Below the pieces are notes generated by a model. It was given only the letters and a program-made list of their open reading frames with translations, did no database searches and had not been told where the DNA came from. From Eledone cirrhosa (taxonomy: Eukaryota), in NCBI GenBank assembly GCA_964016885.1, contig OZ024744.1, positions 85,746,001-85,810,000 of the forward strand: a stretch of 64,000 nucleotides of DNA. Reading direction: 5' to 3'. Every line of letters starts with the position of its first letter. Positions within the stretch are counted from its first letter, which is position 1. Shown here piece after piece: positions 55,900 through 64,000 of the stretch. The position numbers and the translations under genes were made by a program.

Positions 55900-57600
55900 C
55901 AGTGTTCTTTATTCCAATTACATATGTTCTCTTACGAAGCTCTACAGTTTCACCCATTCTCTTTCTATTCTACACAGAAGATTTATTTACATATCTAAAT
56001 GAATTTGTGGAATTGTTAGGTTTTGTGGATGATATCAATTTATATACTTCATCTAGCATCATCAATAACAAAAACACCAAATTATCGACTATAACCTAAC
56101 GGGCAAACGTAAATGATCAACAAGTTGATCACTTTGAGACGCAGTTGTTCATTTCAACGATACAGAATTTTTTTAGTTATCAATGTGATGAAATATTTTA
56201 ATGGAGCCAAATTTTACTGCCGCAAAAATTAACAAAGGTCCTCGGTATTAAGTTAAAAATCTATTTGAAATATGGAAACTCATCTCAAGTTTTTATTTCA
56301 AAAAAAGTGACCCTCAACATAGCATGTGATTAAAGTTATTTCAAGGTAATAGCAAATAGGGATACTATGTTGGTTTGTCTAAGATCTACACCCAAAATAG
56401 CTATTTTTTATGAAGCAGCGTCAACCACTACACGCCTGTTGATAGAGGATTCTATGAGGCTTATATTGCTAACAGCATTGTATAAATGTAATGGAAAGCA
56501 GCATGATATATACGGCTTACCCGGTGAGTGGAACAGTTAAAATCGTTCAAAATAACAATTAAAATCTCAAACGAGGAAGCAAAGAATTATCATATCACAG
56601 TCAAACAGTTTTAACAACTGGGTCAGTTATATAGTAGGAACATATTCAGATTATGGAGTAGAGTGTGGAGCTACGTGTTCTTCCCAAAATGATAATACAG
56701 ATATGAGCTTCAAATTACACAAGGATTTCAGAATATTTCGTGCAGAGGGGTGGAGGAGGATGTTATCCATAAACTCGGTTAAAGAAATGGCATGGGAAAA
56801 AAAATGTTCTTTTTATTTATTTAGAAATAGTTTATTGAACCTAGAACTACTTCAATGAAGAATAGTGGTCGAGTTAAGAGATATTCAGAATGTTCTGCTA
56901 AGAATAGATAACTATGTATCAGAATCAGAAAATAATAAACAGATAACAATGATTTAGATACCAGACCATACAGATATTAGGGGGAAATAGCAAAGCAGAT
57001 GAGGAAAGCGCACAAAGGGAAACAATAGACATAGACTACATTCCAAATCTATCGCAAGTAAAATCATTTAGCAAAAACATAACTAGTCAACGGTGGGAAA
57101 ATTTCGGGTTAGGATCTGGAGATATATTCTCAAATTTCAATCCGCCATTGTGTAAGACAAGTCTTTCAACGGTTAAAATATATCAGACACTGAACAATAT
57201 TAATAAATAAGGACGTCAGTGGCTTCGAACGAACGGGCCATATACCATTGAACTATATATTATCAAAAGCAGGTCATGTAGATTCTCTTCTATTTTTGGT
57301 ACTATTTGCTCCAATCTAGACACTATAAGTCTGAAAGAGAGGACATTTTGAAGCTGATCATAAAACACCTACTAAAATTGGAGATACACTATATTGCCAA
57401 AGATATACGAAACATAAAAGACATCTTTCAGTATATGGAGGCTAGGAAAAGATTAAACAACAGAAACTTGTACCGGCTTTACATCGCCCCGCGTTTTTCA
57501 TATTTTTTATGCTTCAATTATCACCTATTTTCCTTATCTTTCTCTTCATTCGTCTTCCTCTCCTTCTCTCGTTTTTTTGTTTCTTAATTGTAAGCTATTT
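55900..57600 (+). pseudogene. Highly decayed LINE remnant (RT, possibly RNase H)
   Basis: SSTVSPILFLFYTEDL...GFVDDINLY resembles RT motifs QGSxLSPxLF and YADD; IFRAE near 56735; boundaries vague. Confidence 0.4.
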
Positions 57601-58643
57601 TCCGAGGCTGTCATGACTTACTAGCTCTATACGGATGTTAAAACTGATTAAAGGTATATGTATTTATTTCTCTCTTCTCTCATGCTCTCTCTCCTTCCCC
57701 TCTCTCTCTATATATATAGATTTGGTGTTTCTTTATATATCTATAAAATAATATCCTCTATTAAATATGGATAAACGTAAGTGTGAAAATGCTTCTGGTA
57801 GTAATAAAAGGAAAAAATAAAGAAAATTATTTGCAGAAAACCGACAAGTAAATGGTATGAACAATGTGAACATTTGAAGCGCTTTTGAAACAATGACAGA
57901 ATGGCATAGAACAGCAGAGGGAAAACGGACGGAAAACGGACGGAAAACGGAAGAAAGGCACTACGTCGGTTACGACGACGAGTCTTCCTGCTGATCCGAT
58001 CATCGGAACAGCCTGCTCGTGAAAAGATTAAGTGGAAAGTGGCTGAGCAATCCACAGACACGCTAATTCTTAACTGAGTTCTCAGGGAGATTCAGCATGA
58101 CACAGAATGTGACATGGCTGGCCTATCGAATTACAGGTACAACTCATTTTTCCCAGTTGAAATAAAGTGTCTTGCTCAAAGACACAACGCGCTGCCGTGA
58201 ATCGAACTCACAACCTTACGATTGTAATCCTAACCCTAACGATAACCCTAACCCTAACCACAAAGCCACGCACCTCTACAGAATAGTAAACTCTCAGGGA
58301 TAATACAGCAGAAGTGTATCATGCTCGATTATCCTGTGCTTTATGAGATACTAATATCCGAAGTCTGTTAGTTGTTTGCTGTGGTAATAAAAATCGATGG
58401 ATTATAAACAATTATTTTGAAGGCTTGTTTATTTTACATTTCGCAACTTGGTTTAAATATATTGTAAGAATAATAACATTAATTTTAAAGCATGGTTAAT
58501 CATCAACAATAATTCAAATATTATTCTACTGCTTCTGCAAATTTGGATATAAATGTCAAAGTATTCGCAAGAATAATATTGGATTCACGGAACAATTGTA
58601 ACATTTAAAGACTATTACACAGTTTTGTCTGACTTAGCTTTTT

Positions 58644-59274
58644 TTAGGCTGTAACGTGATAATAAAGATTCATTTCCTCAAGAACCATCTCGGTGAATTT
58701 CCTGTTAATCTTGGAGACGTGAGCGATGAGCATCACGAGCGCTTCCATCAAGATATCAAGATTATGGAGGAGATATATCAAGGTAGATGGAACACCCACA
58801 TGATGGCAGCTTGCAATGGATTGAAACTCTGAAGGCGGTGAATAAAACAAAAAGATTTCACCATTATAGAAACTGAACACAAAGCGAAAATTATTGAATA
58901 ATCTAAAGGCTGTTAAAAGATTATCTACAAATCAGAGATCTTCAAAATCTTAGTAATAAGAATTAACTCTATCAGTCAATTGTTAAATATATTGCACAAT
59001 GAGGTAATTCTTAAACACTGTTTAATCGGAGGAGTCCCGAATACATTGATTATATTATTGGCTCAATACGAATGAGCATTATGGGAGAAAAAACAAAAAG
59101 AACGTATTTCTTGAGATACGCAAAGTTCGCCTCCTTTACTTTAGTAAATATGAGGTCCATATTTTCGATGATCAAAAAGAAACAAAAATATTTCCAACAT
59201 AGAAAATTACGTGTAAATATTTTAGGTACACGAGCAGAAAAACCACCCTTCGAGCGGTTTTCTGCTGGCATGTG
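58644..59274 (+). mobile_element. Chapaev3-like (CMC superfamily) DNA transposon 3' relic
   Basis: Plus frame 58644-58832, absent from the ORF track, reads LGCNVIIKIHFLKNHLGEFPVNLGDVSDEHHERFHQDIKIMEEIYQGRW; putative GTG end at 59274; family assignment from recalled motif. Confidence 0.6.
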
Positions 59275-59593
59275 TAATGTGCATATTTATATTATATGCA
59301 AATACACATGCATGTAGATATGTGTCAAATAAGATCGTAATTGACAATATGCACAGAAATTGAAAAGATTCTGTGTTACACTATCTTCTGTAATCAGTAA
59401 AGTAATCCATTTAAAAAAGACGATATTATATATAGACTGCATTACAGTGAAATGTAATGAAACCTTATATAACGATGCAAATATATGGATGATTACATAA
59501 GTGATGTAATAAGTGTTATGATATAACGGACGCTAACCGGAAGTGTAGACATTTAAAAATTTTAAAATATGCAATCATTATATATAATAATAT

Positions 59594-59782
59594 AGGGCGG
59601 TGGATTGGCAGTATCGGTAGAGGGTCGGACGCCATGCTTTCCAGCATAGTTACGTCCCTTTACGATCTGAGTTCAAATCCCGCCGAGGTTGACTTTGCCT
59701 TTCATCCTTACGGGGTCGATAAAATAAAGTACCAGTAATGCACTGGGTAATTGCTGGCCTTGTGCCTAAAGTAGAAACAATT
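59594..59782 (+). mobile_element. tRNA-derived Nin/Deu-type SINE, best-preserved copy
   Basis: Box A TGGCAGTATCGG, box B GAGTTCAAATCC, core GCCTTTCATCCTTACGGGGTCGATAAAATAAAGTACCAG. Confidence 0.85.
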
Positions 59783-60133
59783 ATATATAAGAATATTTAT
59801 GTTTAATCAACAGCTACGAAATTTAGTACAAAAATTCTGTAATATTCATTTATTATTTATTCAAAGTAATCCAACATATTTTGCAAACGCGATAAAAAAA
59901 TATATTCGGGACGCAGTCGCGCACTCCTTACTTTATTATATTTATGATTATGATAACTAATGTTCGCAGATTCTTCAATAACATGTGAATATAAAAAATA
60001 TCAGTATTCAAATTTAAAATGTTTTATATTTTTCTCTGAATAAACAAAAATACCCCCCCCCCCTCCAAAAAAAAAACAACTACAAATAAACAAGAATAAA
60101 ATGACCCCACAAGGCGAAAAACTAGGTGTATTA

Positions 60134-60327
<194 letters not shown>

Positions 60328-60682
60328 CATAAGTTAATTTTGCAACTTCCTGGATTTTAAATTCTTTAACTCATGCATTTCCTTCGCCTCTGAAAGTTGA
60401 GTGGTTTAAGAGTCCTTAAATTGGCTGCACCTGCGTGAGAAATGCCACTGATTTAGTACATTTAAAAAGGTCAATCTTTACACTGCTTTTGTTATAACGC
60501 TTCGTTTTACTTGCAGCCCCTTTTTTTCCCCATTTTTTTTTCATTCAACTTTCTTTATGACTTTCTTAATAAATTTATTTATTACACCTAAGGAGTTCAA
60601 CTTCACATGAATAATCAGAGGGAAAGTGCTTCAGAGAAAGTAAAACAGGTACATGGACACACAGACACACTGACACTTGCAT

Positions 60683-60743
<61 letters not shown>

Positions 60744-60960
60744 CAGATATATATATACACATGCACACACAGGCACACATACAAACATCCCCATATATAT
60801 ATATATATATATAACGAAAGAGTTGTGGTAAGGAACCAGATAGACCATAACGCACCAGAGTACTCAATACTTAGGGTAGTAGAGTGGGTAATAGGAAAAT
60901 GTATGATCCCGACGGCAGAGCTCAAGCCGTTTCGACGGCTATTTCTGTCACATACATTTT

Positions 60961-61023
<63 letters not shown>

Positions 61024-61026
<3 letters not shown>

Positions 61027-61205
61027 AAAACAAGGAAAAAGAGACGATTATGAGGAAGAAAAATACATTTTTTTCCTTTTTTGTTTCTCTCTCTCTTTCT
61101 TCTGGGTTAGAAAATGATTAAAACGAAATGTTTTACTTTGTGTTAAGTGTTAAGGTATTAGTTGATTTATTTATTATTTAACAATAATCGTCTCTTTCTC
61201 CCTGT

Positions 61206-61210
<5 letters not shown>
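61024..61210. repeat. Short element with ~25-bp terminal inverted repeats between (TA)n tracts
   Basis: GAAAACAAGGAAAAAGAGACGATTA ... TAATCGTCTCTTTCTCCCTGTTTTC; related to 62710-62795. Confidence 0.6.
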
Positions 61211-61258
<48 letters not shown>

Positions 61259-61265
<7 letters not shown>

Positions 61266-61643
61266 AGATCAAAAGATGGTTAAAGGAGTTCCATGTATTT
61301 TATTATGCGCATTTCAAAAACAAACATCATCATGCAATAATATTTGTGTTTTCATCAGATAAAACAGGAGAACATGATATGAAGGCTAAAAAAACACCTG
61401 TGGATAGTGCAGTTTTAAATCAACATATGAAAAGTGGTTTTAGATTGATGTCATCAATCTAAAACCACTTTTCATATGTTGATTTAAAACTGCACTATCC
61501 ACAAGTGTTTTTTTAGCCTTCATATCATGTTCTCCTGTTTTATCTGATGAAAACACAAATATTATTGCATGATGATGTTTGTTTTTGAAATGCGCATAAT
61601 AAAATACATGGAACTCCTTTAACCATCTTTTGATCTTATATTA
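61259..61643. repeat. Near-perfect palindrome, ~192-bp arms, 1-nt centre at 61451
   Basis: GATTGATG-T-CATCAATC centre; about one mismatch between arms. Confidence 0.95.
61538..61604 (+). ncRNA. Hammerhead ribozyme motif (AUA site); mirror copy at 61298-61364 on minus
   Basis: ttttat-CTGATGA-aaac.acaaatattatt-gcat-gatgatgtttgt.tttt-GAAAT-GCGC-ATA/-ataaaa; palindromic stem III ATGCGCAT. Confidence 0.8.
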
Positions 61644-62025
61644 TGCATACAGTCCTACAAACTGTAGAGTGCTTCTTATCCGATATCTGCATTGCTTTAT
61701 TGTACTACAATAAAACTCACCTCCTACATTATATATATATATATATATATATTCAGCCCTCCCCGCTCGGACACCCCGTCTCCCTCTCCCCACTCCACCC
61801 ACCACCACCCCTACACACCCCACACCCTTCCACCACCTGTTTTACCCCACCTTTTAATTTCAGTTTATTTTGATCATGCTTTTATATTTAAATTTATTTC
61901 ATTCCTTGTATTTTGATCATGCTTTATTTTTATTTTTATTTTTAATTTCATTCGCACCGTTTCCTTTCGCTATATGTCTCTCCACCACTCTCCTACACAC
62001 CCTTTGAACTCTGTTCCCACACACT

Positions 62026-62062
62026 TCTCACCCGAGGAAGGGCTTATGCCCGAAACGTCGTT
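62026..62062 (+). ncRNA. Degenerate minimal hammerhead motif
   Basis: CCGAGGA-a-GGGC-ttat-GCCC-GAAAC-GTC; stem I does not pair well. Confidence 0.5.
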
Positions 62063-62151
62063 CCCCACCACCACCCCACTCTCCAGAGCGTGAAATTAAT
62101 AAACATTCGTTGTACTGCCTCTCTGTTTTGTTCCTGTTCAAATTTTTCCAT

Positions 62152-62184
<33 letters not shown>

Positions 62185-62243
62185 CCTAACTCGCGTGCTT
62201 CCACTCCACATTTTATTATTATTATTATTATTATTATTATATT

Positions 62244-63652
<1,409 letters not shown>

Positions 63653-63752
63653 CCTCTATTCTCCAGAAAGCCAGACAAGGAATATTGAACTAGTTTCGAT
63701 GTTGTTACATCTCATCAGCAATATTTACCTATATATAACTATATATTTTTAC

Positions 63753-63863
<111 letters not shown>

Positions 63864-64000
63864 GTATATGTATATATGGATAGATAGATAGACAGATACA
63901 TGCATAGAGAAAGAAAGAAAGGGAAGAAAGAGAGAGAGGGAGTGAAAGAAAAGGAAAGAGTGGGAGAGGGAAAGAAAGAGAGAGAGAGAGGGAGTGAAAG

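Noticed and set aside
58225-58262. Telomere-like CCCTAA repeats
   Set aside because: Only about four imperfect units, a local expansion within a SINE tRNA head
59594-59685. tRNA gene candidates (box A/box B)
   Set aside because: Heads of multi-copy SINEs; no proper cloverleaf
61750-61780. Minus-strand GVSERGGLN resembling a Penelope GIY-YIG C-terminus
   Set aside because: Too short and embedded in low-complexity sequence

Overview
AT-rich, microsatellite-dense eukaryotic DNA with no recognisable host exon. The SINE families and repeat landscape resemble an octopus/cephalopod genome (inference). The window is essentially all mobile DNA. Bases 1-14 kb are a head-to-tail array of three young ~6.05-kb Tx1-clade LINEs joined by (TTA)n, followed by a decayed relative. 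There are R4/Dong-clade (restriction-like endonuclease) LINEs in (TAA)n and (CATA)n tracts, RTE-derived non-autonomous elements, a deleted mariner, MITEs, a probable Chapaev3 relic and two tRNA-SINE types. The most striking signal is invisible in the ORF track: about 15 short non-coding loci, from several unrelated sequence families, sit in or beside (TA)n tracts and carry type I hammerhead-ribozyme motifs whose stems I/II/III I could pair by eye. Many are arranged as fold-back palindromes with a ribozyme on each strand, one forms a direct repeat with a 692-nt ribozyme-to-ribozyme unit, and several have non-canonical cores (U3:A8, C4, A4). They look like Penelope-related or retrozyme-type elements. 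Ribozyme activity is untested and coordinates were counted by hand.
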